Counted from the stretch's first letter, positions 9,407 through 19,127 are shown. The stretch is 64,000 bases of DNA from a virus (IMGVR_UViG_3300032007_000067:1-64000); one strand, 5' to 3'. Translations and numbers: made by a program. Notes: a model not told the origin generated them from the sequence alone.

Positions 9407-9856
9407 TTAGCTATTTCCTGTCCCGGTACTGCCGAATCCACCCGACCCCCGTTCGGTCTCGGAGAGTTCTGTCACAAGGCTTAACTCAGTCTGTAACACC
9501 GGAACAAAAACAGCTTGCAGAATCCGATCTCCCCGTTTATACGCAATTTCCCGATAAACCGTTCCGCTGGTCTCTACATCTAAATGAGCAATCCATTCGC
9601 CACGGTAATCACTATCAATAACTCCTACAGTATTCAGCAATCTGATCCCGTTTAGCCCCGCACTGGATCTCATCATCAGCAAGCCACAATATCCTTCAGG
9701 AATTTCAGTTGCGAACCCTAGCCGAATTACGTTATCCGCTTTTGAATTTAAAATCACATCTTCTTGCAGTTTTAAATCATAACCAGCCGAGTTCCTTTTC
9801 CGCTCCGGCATCAGAAAATTATCACATAACGCTTTTATTTTAATCATCAGGTTCAT
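9407..9856 (-). CDS. dut: dUTPase (trimeric type)
   Basis: SAGYDL, MRSSAG, GVIDSDYRGE, GDRILQAV, ERGSGGFGSTG. Confidence 0.96.
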   Translation of the reverse strand: MNLMIKIKALCDNFLMPERKRNSAGYDLKLQEDVILNSKADNVIRLGFATEIPEGYCGLLMMRSSAGLNGIRLLNTVGVIDSDYRGEWIAHLDVETSGTVYREIAYKRGDRILQAVFVPVLQTELSLVTELSETERGSGGFGSTGTGNS

Positions 9857-10346
9857 ACTCCTTTATAACTATCTTGTCCTGAAAATTGTTAAACAACTCC
9901 GGCTCAATCACTGTATCGCCGACACAAATACATCTGATAACTGATTTTTCTATCCGTTCCACCATTTCCGCATAATCCCGCAGAATTGCCCGAATAATTT
10001 CAGCTCCGCCTATTGCGTATATCTTGCACTTTTCACAGTCATAACTGCTCGCCAGTAGTTCCGCAGTCCGAATCGCATTGCCCAACCCGCATACAAACAA
10101 GAGATGGCTTGTATCCACAAACTTCCGGTTCATCTCGCTGACCCATTTTTCATCACGACTCACCACCACATTGATCCGTTTCAGCAACGGTTTTTCGCCT
10201 ATACTTTCCCATGTTTTACGCCCCATGAGCACCACATTGCCCTCGGTTGCCCGCTTAAAGTCCCGCATATCCTCCCGGCATTTCCACGGAATCCCGCCTT
10301 CGTATCCGATTGTTCCGGTAATATCACAGGCAAATTTAATAATCAT
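9840..10346 (-). CDS. folA: Dihydrofolate reductase
   Basis: IGYEGGIPW..REDM..FK, VLMGRKTWESIG, RINVVVSR, IGGAEI, GDT. Confidence 0.93.
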   Translation of the reverse strand: MIIKFACDITGTIGYEGGIPWKCREDMRDFKRATEGNVVLMGRKTWESIGEKPLLKRINVVVSRDEKWVSEMNRKFVDTSHLLFVCGLGNAIRTAELLASSYDCEKCKIYAIGGAEIIRAILRDYAEMVERIEKSVIRCICVGDTVIEPELFNNFQDKIVIKEYEPDD

Positions 10347-10355
10347 TGCAACACC

Positions 10356-10760
10356 TCACAGCACCTTTATGTAAATCAAAACTCTTGCGTTGTTCTTGTC
10401 AAACCCGCCGTCATTCCATTCTTCATGAATAACAATTCTTTTGTTATCGTCCGGTATTTTTCCGTATGCCACAAGTGCGTCAAGGAAAAACTTGCTCACC
10501 ACGGCCACAATATTCATACCGTCATGAACCCGATTATCCCCGAAAATTATTTCATAGTCTATGCTGACCTTTTTCATATTGTGCGGGAGATCAATAATCT
10601 CATTGTGCATAATCCGTTTATATTCGTCCTTTGCCCGATTAAGCACCTGAAAATGAGCGTTCCGGTACGGGTTCAGGTTCAGCATGAACTTCTTTTTGCC
10701 TACCAAAACACTTATCGGACTCTCTACCACAAAACATTGTGTTTCTTCATCAAAATGCAT
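10356..10760 (-). CDS. RusA-like Holliday junction resolvase/endonuclease
   Basis: D.MN....KFFLDALV..G.IPDDN pattern of the RusA family. Confidence 0.7.
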   Translation of the reverse strand: MHFDEETQCFVVESPISVLVGKKKFMLNLNPYRNAHFQVLNRAKDEYKRIMHNEIIDLPHNMKKVSIDYEIIFGDNRVHDGMNIVAVVSKFFLDALVAYGKIPDDNKRIVIHEEWNDGGFDKNNARVLIYIKVL

Positions 10761-11115
10761 AAAAATCCGTTTTCCTTTGTTTCGTTTTGTTTACAATCCG
10801 TTATTTCAAAAAACCCGTTTTTCCTGAAACAATCACAGAAAAAATCCGTTTTTATTTCAAAAAATCCGTTTCTGAAAAATCCGTTTTTGGCTAAAACTGG
10901 AAAATCCGTTTTTAACCCCCGAAAAAATCCGTTTTGGTTCAAATCTCCTATGCTAACTCAGAAAAATCCGTTTTTAACCCGTATCAGTCACTTCAAATCA
11001 ACTTCAAACTGACTTCAAACCGACTTCAAACAAAATCCGTTTTTCTTCTAAAAATCCGTTTTTCTTCTAAAATCTCCTGAAATTAGAAGAATCCGTTTTT
11101 TAAAAAATCCGTTTT
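10761..11115 (+). repeat. Array of AAAATCCGTTTT motifs plus four ACTTCAAA repeats at 11-bp period; candidate replication origin or protein-binding array
   Basis: 12 exact ATCCGTT cores flanked by A and T tracts, all in one orientation; ACTTCAAA at 10990, 11001, 11012, 11023. Confidence 0.85.
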
Positions 11116-12063
11116 TCAAACCGCCATTTCAAACTTGATCGCCGGACAATGCTCATAACCCGTCAGAACAAAATCGCTTGTCTTAACTGATTTCAAAAAT
11201 CCGTTTATGTCCGAATAATCCGCTTTTTCCGGCAGTATCAGTTCTGGTAGTTTTTTCGGTTCTCTCTGCAACTGTTCAATAACCCCGTCAAGATGATTCA
11301 GGTAAATATGACAATCCCCTAAACTCCCGATAAGGTGCAACGGCTTCTTTCCGGTTATTCTTGCAATAATACAAAGCAATAATCCGTAACTTGCAATATT
11401 GAATGGAATTCCGATTGTGCAATCTGCTGACCTTTGATTCCACATCAGACTCAAATATTCCGCATTTTCGCCGCTCACGTAAAACTGAAATGAGTAATGG
11501 CAAGGTGGGAGGGTCATATAGGGCAGTTCCGCCGGATTCCACGCAGAGACAAGCAACCGCCTTGACCACGGATCATTTTTAATTCCGTTTATGACCTCAG
11601 CTATCTGGTCAATTTCTATTGTCTTATGTTTGCCCCACGGGATGCGTTTGCAGGCATATAATCCGTTTTCTTCACCGGTGTAAACAATTCCGTTAAAATC
11701 ACGCCATTGTTTACCGTAAATTCTCCCAAGTTCTCCGTTTTCGTATCCTAAATTCCGTCCCTGACACTCGTAATTTGCCGTCCAGATCGTCCGTCTTTCC
11801 TTTTCCGTCAGCTCCGTATAAGGCTTGCTATCGTTCTTAATCTCGGCTAAACGGTGTTCATTTGCAGAACCCTCTAAAAACCATAGCAGTTCCGACACAA
11901 CCGAACGCCATGCCAGCGATTTTGTGGTAATTGCCGGAAATCCGTTTCTCATATCAAACCGGATCTGCCGCCCGAATACTGAAATTGTTCCGACTCCAGT
12001 TCTGTCCTTTCGTTCCGTTCCATGAGCCATAATGTCTCGGATTAAATCTAAATACTGCTTCAT
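11116..12063 (-). CDS. thyA: Thymidylate synthase
   Basis: DRTGVGT, ELLWFLEG, GRIYGKQWR, SRRLLVSAWNP, LPPCH, NQRSAD, GIPFNIASY. Confidence 0.97.
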   Translation of the reverse strand: MKQYLDLIRDIMAHGTERKDRTGVGTISVFGRQIRFDMRNGFPAITTKSLAWRSVVSELLWFLEGSANEHRLAEIKNDSKPYTELTEKERRTIWTANYECQGRNLGYENGELGRIYGKQWRDFNGIVYTGEENGLYACKRIPWGKHKTIEIDQIAEVINGIKNDPWSRRLLVSAWNPAELPYMTLPPCHYSFQFYVSGENAEYLSLMWNQRSADCTIGIPFNIASYGLLLCIIARITGKKPLHLIGSLGDCHIYLNHLDGVIEQLQREPKKLPELILPEKADYSDINGFLKSVKTSDFVLTGYEHCPAIKFEMAV

Positions 12064-12377
12064 TTTTCATTCCTTTTAGGATCGTACCATTCTATTACGG
12101 TATTCTTTTTGTCAGAAAGTACCGTGTCCACTCTGATAAACGGTGAGTTAAAATCAGAAAATCCGTTTCCACAATAATATTCATCGTATATTTCCATACG
12201 ATTCTGATGTATAAGTTCTTGAAATCTTTTTAATACAGACGGTTTGAGTTTGCGTCTGGTTCTTGTTAGATCCCTTAGTAGGCAATCCAGTAATTCCGTA
12301 TAACTGTCCACGGCACATCTAAAGCCATCGTCCCAGTCATAAGACGGAAAACGCATACGATCTTTCATATAAGCCAT
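12060..12377 (-). CDS. Hypothetical protein
   Basis: 105-aa ORF overlapping its neighbours (ATGA coupling to thyA). Confidence 0.7.
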   Translation of the reverse strand: MAYMKDRMRFPSYDWDDGFRCAVDSYTELLDCLLRDLTRTRRKLKPSVLKRFQELIHQNRMEIYDEYYCGNGFSDFNSPFIRVDTVLSDKKNTVIEWYDPKRNEK

Positions 12378-13240
12378 GTCTCCTTTAGCTTTTCATAGGT
12401 TTTCTGATTAGTGAAAATCCGTTCCAGTTTTCCATGAGATTTTCCGTTTGCACTCATTGTAGATCGTTTTTCACAACTCCACACTTCTATAAAATTATCC
12501 GGCATTTCGTATTCTGAAATGAATATATCGTCCTGTTTTTCTGCCCATTCATAGAACCGGTCATAGTCAAACTGAAGGCGGTACTGATTGGAATTTTTGT
12601 ACGGAATATCGCAGTAAACAATACGATTCTGTGCAAGTGTAACTTGCTCATAATCCAACGATTCCAACGATTCCAACGATTCCAACGATTCCAACGATTG
12701 CAGACGTTCTAACGATTGTAAACGTTCTAACGCTTCTAAATTCTGTTGCTCCACCCGTTTCAGTTTTAATCTTTCTTTTACAGTTCTTGTTATTTCCTGT
12801 CTGTCAGTCAGATTGTGATCTATTTTACCAATAATCTGTTCTAACTCGCCAAAGTCATGAAACAATATCGCTTTATGCAAAATCCGTTTTAAATTCTCGT
12901 TCTCTCTTGAATAACAATACGTTCTCAGATCGTTTCCAAAACTAAAACATATTGCCGCATACGGATCACTGTCTTTTAATCTAAAAAAATCCTCTCGTGA
13001 GATCCATCTTTTTTCATTTTTAAATCCTCCGTGAATTGCCATCTCAAAGCCTTTGCATACCACAGGATTTATCTCATTGTAAACAACATGTTTCCATTTG
13101 CCTGATAATAATGCACAATGCGTTATCGCTCCGCCACCGCCAAACAGATCATAAAACCATTCTGCACTCGGCAGAAAATCTATGATCTTCTCGGCTATTG
13201 CGTTTTTACTTCCCTTGTAAGGCAAACCGTAATTTCTCAT
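12365..13240 (-). CDS. D12-class N6-adenine DNA methyltransferase
   Basis: LPYKGSK (motif X), FYDLFGGGG (motif I), VYCDIPY (motif IV variant), FISEY. Confidence 0.85.
   Translation of the reverse strand: MRNYGLPYKGSKNAIAEKIIDFLPSAEWFYDLFGGGGAITHCALLSGKWKHVVYNEINPVVCKGFEMAIHGGFKNEKRWISREDFFRLKDSDPYAAICFSFGNDLRTYCYSRENENLKRILHKAILFHDFGELEQIIGKIDHNLTDRQEITRTVKERLKLKRVEQQNLEALERLQSLERLQSLESLESLESLESLDYEQVTLAQNRIVYCDIPYKNSNQYRLQFDYDRFYEWAEKQDDIFISEYEMPDNFIEVWSCEKRSTMSANGKSHGKLERIFTNQKTYEKLKETWLI
12653..12742 (+). repeat. In-frame 9-bp tandem repeat inside the methyltransferase
   Basis: Five near-perfect TTCCAACGA units (12653-12697) plus four degenerate units; encodes LERLQSLERLQSLESLESLESL. Confidence 0.9.
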
Positions 13241-13248
13241 AAATCTGT

Positions 13249-13491
13249 TTACTGCCCCGTTGCTTTCCTGATAATCACTATCTTCATTAACCGCTGGTAA
13301 AGTTCTTTATCAGCCTTTCTCACCACCGGATCCAGTTTGTTCACCACGGGCATCAGGCTTTCTTTGTACTGTCCGTGAACCAATACCTCTAAAAGATCTC
13401 CTGCCTGTTTTTCGTCAAGCTCCAAAATCACTTTTCTTTTCACCGTTCGGGTTCCGGAAATTACCTGAGCCGCTGTCATGGTAATTGTCAT
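13249..13491 (-). CDS. Hypothetical protein
   Basis: TAATG coupling to the primase stop supports the MTITM start at 13491. Confidence 0.65.
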   Translation of the reverse strand: MTITMTAAQVISGTRTVKRKVILELDEKQAGDLLEVLVHGQYKESLMPVVNKLDPVVRKADKELYQRLMKIVIIRKATGQ

Positions 13492-16460
13492 TAACAACCT
13501 CTCTGATCCAATAATTTGTAACATGCGCCCTTTGTTTTGAATACATTGAAAGCCATACCCTTGCTCACAAGTTCAAGACTTCCGTCAGTGCATAATCTTT
13601 CCAAAGTGCTGTTTATTGCTTTTGTGTAACCTAAACGATACTTTGAAAACACTTTCTGTTTACTCAGAACAAAATGCAAATACTTTAAAGGAATAATCCT
13701 CGTATCCTTCATCTTTTTGATAACATCTCCGCTTAAATTTGTCGCATTGCATAAGGATACAATCGCTTTTTCACGCACAAACGTCTTACAGGCATCCAAA
13801 ACTGCCGCCGCCATTGTCTGCTCATTATTCATCGTCAAATTCGTTTCGCCTGAGATAATCATATTATACACATTTGCAATATCAAGCATGACAAGTCGCA
13901 TCGCCCATGCCATGTGCTGTATGTTAATCTTAGGTGAGGTATGATTCTGTGATACGGCACACACACCCGCCAATTTCAGAACTTTAAGCTGACACCGGTT
14001 CCATGCCTGCCGGTAATATTCCGCATCTCCCGCTGCATCCAGCATTTCAAGACACCAGTATTCAAGCCGGTTGTTAAATTCAATCGCTTCCTCTGTCATG
14101 CTGATTGTAACAAATCTGCTCTGCCCTCCGCTTTGTCCGGAAAGCGAATCCTCATCCACACAAAGATTATACAGTTCGTCAAGTATGTAATCCGAGATCG
14201 GCATGTTGAGACCGGCATAGTTCTGAAATACACTTTTGCCGTGGTATGTGATCGTCAGGAACCGGCTTAAAAATCCGTCCTGAGCCATTGTGGGTGTTAA
14301 TGCATCGGCTAATCCGCTTATGGTTGTTTCCCCTACAAGGCTGAATCCCGGAGCGTTGACTTCTGACACATTATTTTCGGAACTTGAATAACTCATTCCG
14401 CTCAAAACATCGCCCATTGCAGAACTTGTGTAGAGCCGAAGATATTGTCCCCGCAAGCCCTGAGCCTGAGAATCACGGGTGTTTTCAGCCATGTTGCCTA
14501 AAACCTTTCCAAACTCTTTCTGAAAGTTTACAAAACTTGCGTACACATCTACCGGAATACCGAAGTTATTCTGTTTCTGCCCCGTTACCGCTCCCGCTTC
14601 CTGAGCGCATCTTTTTACAAGTGCCTGAGCCGAAACAAAATCATCGTCTATCACATGACGCTTTAACCGGCAATTCGGATAACGCTGTTTCATCTGATAC
14701 ACAAGATCGTTTTTGGTTGTGTGAAGTCCCTCTTTTCCGATACCCGAACGGGCACATAGGATTATGTAATTGTTTAATCCGGCACATGTAGGTAACTGCC
14801 ACATTTTTCCCACAATTCCGCTCATTATCGCAATCACGCTCGCCAGACTTACCTCCAGCACGGGTTTGATTCTGCTTGCATAACTCCACTTTGTGAGTTC
14901 ATATATAAGTCCGGAACTTACCGGCGGTACAATAAGAGCATTGTTTTCTGAGATGTTAAATCCCTTTGTGCAGATATAACCTTTGTCCAAAAGGCGTTTG
15001 TAGCTTGTTTCCGCATCGGAATAAAACGGTACATAATCCGAACTCGGTATCACATTGATCTTTTTAAGCTGTTCTACCACCCCGCAGGCAATCAGCGTAT
15101 CCGCAAACAAAGTCGGCAAATCGTATTCAGGATCCGTTTTTTCATTCTGCCACCGTGAATTGACAAGAATCGTCTCCGGATCCACGTTAAGATATTTTTT
15201 GTTTATGAGTTCATCAACAAGGGCTTTCTTTTCAGCTTCTTTTTCTATTTCCTCGCTTTCGTAATTTCCGGAGATATCAATGTTGTTCAGAATTTCCGTT
15301 TCGGTCTTGTCATCGGAAAATGGAAGTTCATATTCCACATTTTCATCAGCCCTTACCCTTTCCACAATTCTGTTTACATAATCAAGTCTTGTGGCTTTCG
15401 GACGTTTTGCAAGTTCCGACTGAGCAAAAATTCCTTTCATGACATCGGCGTTATCGCAATATCTCACCACAATGGAAAACAGGGCGAAATCCGCTTCTGA
15501 ACGTGAAGGGAAGGTGATTTTGTATTCGGGGTTACATACCATTTTGTCAGGATCGGTATAGTCGTAATTGCACCGGTTATTGAATAAGTCTAAAAAGTTT
15601 TCACAGTCCGGCGAATTAAAGATCTCGCAAAGCGTCCAGTTGATCAGACTTCCTAAATCCTCGCTCCCTGACAGTTTTATTTCCATCTCCGGATCTGCTG
15701 TACTTTCCGATACGGGTTTTTTCAGAAGCGCACAGAGTTCGTCAATTTCCTTTTGCCGTTCCTCAATAACTTTCGTTCCGCCCTCCACTATATTCTCCGT
15801 CATTACGGCAAAACGATCCTGAGAATACAGTTCAAACCCTACAATACCAAGATCCTTGTGAACCTTGCCAGATCTGATCCCGCTTGCTCCGGTCTTGCTT
15901 GAATTGGGATACTTTACAGGATCAATACTGCCCCGCACGATTACATGATAACCCAAACCTGACACGCTTCTTTCGGTATAGCTGTTAAACTTTGAGATCC
16001 ATTCATCCTGATACGCTATTTCAGATTGAGTGATACCGTCTTTCCGGTCAAAGTCTATGATTGTGATTCCGAGATCCTTTGTGAATACAAAACCCATGCA
16101 GAACTGAGAATCCCTTTTGATCGGAAACAGCATAATACTGTTCCGGCAGATCTTGTCAGCCGCTGCATAGGTGAGCCATGTCTTTTTAAAATTTTCCGTT
16201 GCTCCGGTATTTGCAAGATCTCCGGAATAGGTTTTATTTCCCTTTTCATTCACAGTGCTGGTGTATTGCAACCACAAATCATCACCGTTCTGAATGTAAT
16301 CCTCATTTCCCGGCTCAAAATAGTCAGGATAAAGTTTTTTGACCTTTTCGATCCATTTCTTTGATACCACAACCGGAATCTTTTCTCCGGTTTTCCCGAA
16401 ACATAAGCACCATTGTGGGGTGTTTTCAATATCCTGTAATGTCTGTATTCTTTCGCTCAT
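13491..16460 (-). CDS. AEP-type primase fused to a C-terminal NTPase/helicase-like domain
   Basis: IIDFD, YTERSVSGLGYHVI, ELYSQDRF (AEP motifs); SRSEADFAL (PriCT-like); CARSGIGKE P-loop. Start MSERIQ preferred. Confidence 0.8.
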   Translation of the reverse strand: MSERIQTLQDIENTPQWCLCFGKTGEKIPVVVSKKWIEKVKKLYPDYFEPGNEDYIQNGDDLWLQYTSTVNEKGNKTYSGDLANTGATENFKKTWLTYAAADKICRNSIMLFPIKRDSQFCMGFVFTKDLGITIIDFDRKDGITQSEIAYQDEWISKFNSYTERSVSGLGYHVIVRGSIDPVKYPNSSKTGASGIRSGKVHKDLGIVGFELYSQDRFAVMTENIVEGGTKVIEERQKEIDELCALLKKPVSESTADPEMEIKLSGSEDLGSLINWTLCEIFNSPDCENFLDLFNNRCNYDYTDPDKMVCNPEYKITFPSRSEADFALFSIVVRYCDNADVMKGIFAQSELAKRPKATRLDYVNRIVERVRADENVEYELPFSDDKTETEILNNIDISGNYESEEIEKEAEKKALVDELINKKYLNVDPETILVNSRWQNEKTDPEYDLPTLFADTLIACGVVEQLKKINVIPSSDYVPFYSDAETSYKRLLDKGYICTKGFNISENNALIVPPVSSGLIYELTKWSYASRIKPVLEVSLASVIAIMSGIVGKMWQLPTCAGLNNYIILCARSGIGKEGLHTTKNDLVYQMKQRYPNCRLKRHVIDDDFVSAQALVKRCAQEAGAVTGQKQNNFGIPVDVYASFVNFQKEFGKVLGNMAENTRDSQAQGLRGQYLRLYTSSAMGDVLSGMSYSSSENNVSEVNAPGFSLVGETTISGLADALTPTMAQDGFLSRFLTITYHGKSVFQNYAGLNMPISDYILDELYNLCVDEDSLSGQSGGQSRFVTISMTEEAIEFNNRLEYWCLEMLDAAGDAEYYRQAWNRCQLKVLKLAGVCAVSQNHTSPKINIQHMAWAMRLVMLDIANVYNMIISGETNLTMNNEQTMAAAVLDACKTFVREKAIVSLCNATNLSGDVIKKMKDTRIIPLKYLHFVLSKQKVFSKYRLGYTKAINSTLERLCTDGSLELVSKGMAFNVFKTKGACYKLLDQRGC

Positions 16461-16470
16461 ATCAGCCTCT

Positions 16471-18144
16471 TTAAGCCCTGCTGTGTCCGGTAGCATTACC
16501 GCTTATGGTTGAACCGTCAAAATCATAGGAAACAATTCTATTATACCCGCCGGACGTTTTTACAGTAATCGCTTTCGGTTCCCGCATTTTTCCGCTCAGG
16601 CACATCACGAGAAGCTCCTGCGTGTTTTTCGGTATATACCCGTCCCTGCTCCGTATCCTGATCCATTCTTTTGCGGCGGTGGCAAAAAATGATTTTTCAC
16701 TTTCTATGTTTATCCAGTCTTTTGCAACTGTCTGTATTCCGCTCCGGTATTCAACCAAAACCTGAACGCCGTTTTTGGTCTGAATTTTTGCATATTTTAC
16801 ATGAGTTACCTCAACTGTCTTTTCCGTTTCCTGTTTTTGTTTCCGTTTTATGATCTCGTCCAAACTTGCATGAGCAGTCAGCTTGGTTTCAGTCGGAAAT
16901 TCATAGTTACATGCCGGACAGAATTTTGCGCTTGCCGGAGCATAACAGTTACATTTCGGACATACCTTGACCGGGGCCGTACCCTCGCCATCATCACGTT
17001 TTTTGCCGGATTTCTTTTTTGGCTGTAACGGATCGTTGATACAACCTAATCTTGCCACATTGCCCGCAAAATCAAGAATGAGACAGTTTTCCTTGTTCGG
17101 AGAATATCTTATTCCCCTTCCGCAAGCCTGAATATACAGACTTACGCTCTGCGTGGGTCTCAGCATTACAAGACAGTCAATATCCGGGTAATTAAATCCG
17201 GTGCTTAACACATTCACGTTCGCAACCGCTCTGTATTTTCCGCTTTTGAATCCGTCTATGCGTTCCCGCCTTGTGGTCATGTCAAGATCACCGCTTATTA
17301 CAGTGCTTGTAATTCCCGCCTTGTTCAGATATTCCACAACATGTTTTGCATGTTCAACGCCGGTGCAGAATATGAGCCAGTGTTTCCGGTCTTTTGCAAG
17401 CTGAATTGTTTCGTTAAGAGCCTGTCTCGTTACGGCATCAGTATCAACCGCCGCCTGTAATTCCTTTTCCACATATTCCCCGCCCCGAATTTTTACATTG
17501 CTGACATCGATCTGAAATTCCGGCCTTCTCGGAATCGCATCGCACATGTAATTGTTCCGTATCAGCCAGTCAAACGTTTCCACGGTACACATGTTGTAAA
17601 CAATATCATCAAAAATTCCGTTTTCGGTTATCCACCCGCAGTCAAGCCTGAACGGGGTTCCGGTAAAACCCACAACCTTTAATTTCGGATTGATTTCCTT
17701 TAATCCGGCAATAAGTCTCCGGTATGTTGTTTCTTCTTTTGCCGGTACTAAATGACATTCGTCAATTACAAGACAGTTTACCTTACCGAACTTTTTATAC
17801 GTTTCAGGCTTGGCAATACTCTGCACACCACAACAAATAATTCTGTTATCGGTCTGCTTTTTATTCAGACTTGCAGAATACACTCCTAACGGCGCACCCG
17901 GCCAAAAATCCACAATAGCCTCATAATCCTGCTCTATCAGTTCTTTGACGTGAGTAATGACAAGTACCTTGCTCATACGGGTTCCGAACTTGTCATAACA
18001 GCGTTTGATAAAGCCCGCCATTGTGGGAGACTTTCCGGAACCTACCGGCATAACAACCACCGGATTCCCACGGTTTGCAGTTTTTTGCCAGTATTTGAAA
18101 ATACTGTTGATAGCTTCTTCCTGATACGGCCTTAATGTGATCAT
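16471..18144 (-). CDS. Superfamily 2 DNA helicase
   Basis: LRPYQEEA, PVGSGKS, IDECH, TGTPFR, NVNVLSTGFN, QACGRGIR, C-terminal CPKC..CPAC zinc finger. Confidence 0.93.
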   Translation of the reverse strand: MITLRPYQEEAINSIFKYWQKTANRGNPVVVMPVGSGKSPTMAGFIKRCYDKFGTRMSKVLVITHVKELIEQDYEAIVDFWPGAPLGVYSASLNKKQTDNRIICCGVQSIAKPETYKKFGKVNCLVIDECHLVPAKEETTYRRLIAGLKEINPKLKVVGFTGTPFRLDCGWITENGIFDDIVYNMCTVETFDWLIRNNYMCDAIPRRPEFQIDVSNVKIRGGEYVEKELQAAVDTDAVTRQALNETIQLAKDRKHWLIFCTGVEHAKHVVEYLNKAGITSTVISGDLDMTTRRERIDGFKSGKYRAVANVNVLSTGFNYPDIDCLVMLRPTQSVSLYIQACGRGIRYSPNKENCLILDFAGNVARLGCINDPLQPKKKSGKKRDDGEGTAPVKVCPKCNCYAPASAKFCPACNYEFPTETKLTAHASLDEIIKRKQKQETEKTVEVTHVKYAKIQTKNGVQVLVEYRSGIQTVAKDWINIESEKSFFATAAKEWIRIRSRDGYIPKNTQELLVMCLSGKMREPKAITVKTSGGYNRIVSYDFDGSTISGNATGHSRA

Positions 18145-19127
18145 GCCGTTTCCTCCTTGTTTTCAGTCATTTTGAAGTCTATTCCCATATAACAATCCTC
18201 CGAGAATTTATCCCCGCCCATTGCACAAGACAGTTCACCGTTCTCACAATTCTGCATCATGCATGTACGGCAATTATGGCTTAATTCCCTGTTTCCGTAA
18301 CAGAAATCCGAAAATCCGCACATTTTGCAGATATAGTAAGATTCACGGTCTGAAATGCCGTCAGGAAGAATTTTGTTGTTGCAGATCTCCGGGACCCGTG
18401 CAAGCATTTGTTCTGCAATGAGATCGTTTCTTTTAACTATAACACCGTGGATATCGTCATTGTTTTTATTTACCGCTAAAAACAACGTATGTTCGATTCT
18501 TTGTGATTTTAAGTCCTTTGTCTTGTCCTGTATCAGACTTGTGAAAATCTCATGCGTATCAGCGTATATGTTCATGCAATGCATATTCACATGGCATTGT
18601 CTTTCGTACTGCGGAAATTCCCCAATTCCTCTCGCCACAAAATTATCAAAATTTTTGTCGTTCATGGTTTTAAATTCGAGCATGACAATCTCATTCTCGC
18701 AATCCGGGATGTTGTAAGCCAGTCCGTCAATACTCCCTGCAAAAATCCCGTTTTTATACCCGAACTGCCTTCCGTCCCCCCGGTCATTCCATACCTCAAT
18801 CCCCGCCTGTTCAAGCAACGCCAGAATCCTTGCTTCTTCCAAATGTCCCCGGTTCCACAATCTTATCAGACGTGCAGAAGGCTGTGATTCCCTTGTTCTG
18901 AATCCGAGCCATACCTTTCTCAGACAATCCCCGCCGATCTGACTTGCTCCCAAATGATCTCTTAATTCCCCTGAATCCGCTTTCCATGCGTCCGAGATCT
19001 GTCCGAACCATTTCTTTTCACATTCTTTGAATTTCTTTCCGTTGTCTTTTTCAATCCCTTTGTCAATGAGATCAAGCGTTTTTTCAGCCACATGATCAAA
19101 CAGACTTCCCAGCTTTTTTACCTTCAT
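18141..19127 (-). CDS. Cas4/AddB-like PD-(D/E)XK exonuclease with Fe-S cysteines
   Basis: HLGASQIGGDC.RK, RGHLEE, GSIDG, LEFKT, Y..Q...M, CKMCGFSDFC. Start MKVKK (19127) preferred because 19241 lies upstream of a terminator. Confidence 0.8.
   Translation of the reverse strand: MKVKKLGSLFDHVAEKTLDLIDKGIEKDNGKKFKECEKKWFGQISDAWKADSGELRDHLGASQIGGDCLRKVWLGFRTRESQPSARLIRLWNRGHLEEARILALLEQAGIEVWNDRGDGRQFGYKNGIFAGSIDGLAYNIPDCENEIVMLEFKTMNDKNFDNFVARGIGEFPQYERQCHVNMHCMNIYADTHEIFTSLIQDKTKDLKSQRIEHTLFLAVNKNNDDIHGVIVKRNDLIAEQMLARVPEICNNKILPDGISDRESYYICKMCGFSDFCYGNRELSHNCRTCMMQNCENGELSCAMGGDKFSEDCYMGIDFKMTENKEETA

Noticed and set aside
9840-10346. DHFR as an antibiotic (trimethoprim) resistance gene
   Set aside because: It sits with thyA and dut in a normal phage dTTP module; resistance cannot be inferred from sequence.
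10724-10942. 72-aa ORF with NGFF/KTDF repeats
   Set aside because: It is simply the translation of the AAAATCCGTTTT array, has no clear RBS, and overlaps the rusA-like start.
10104-11012. 302-aa plus-strand ORF, and similar long antisense ORFs (27956-28462, 29710-30312, 36954-37652, 54353-55162)
   Set aside because: They lie antisense to well-supported genes or repeats and have no recognisable motifs.
10761-11115. CRISPR array
   Set aside because: The repeat is only about 12 nt, spacing is irregular and there are no unique spacers of uniform length.
18141-19127. Cas4 as part of a CRISPR-Cas system
   Set aside because: No other cas genes or array; the context (RecT, SSB, helicase) indicates a phage recombination exonuclease.
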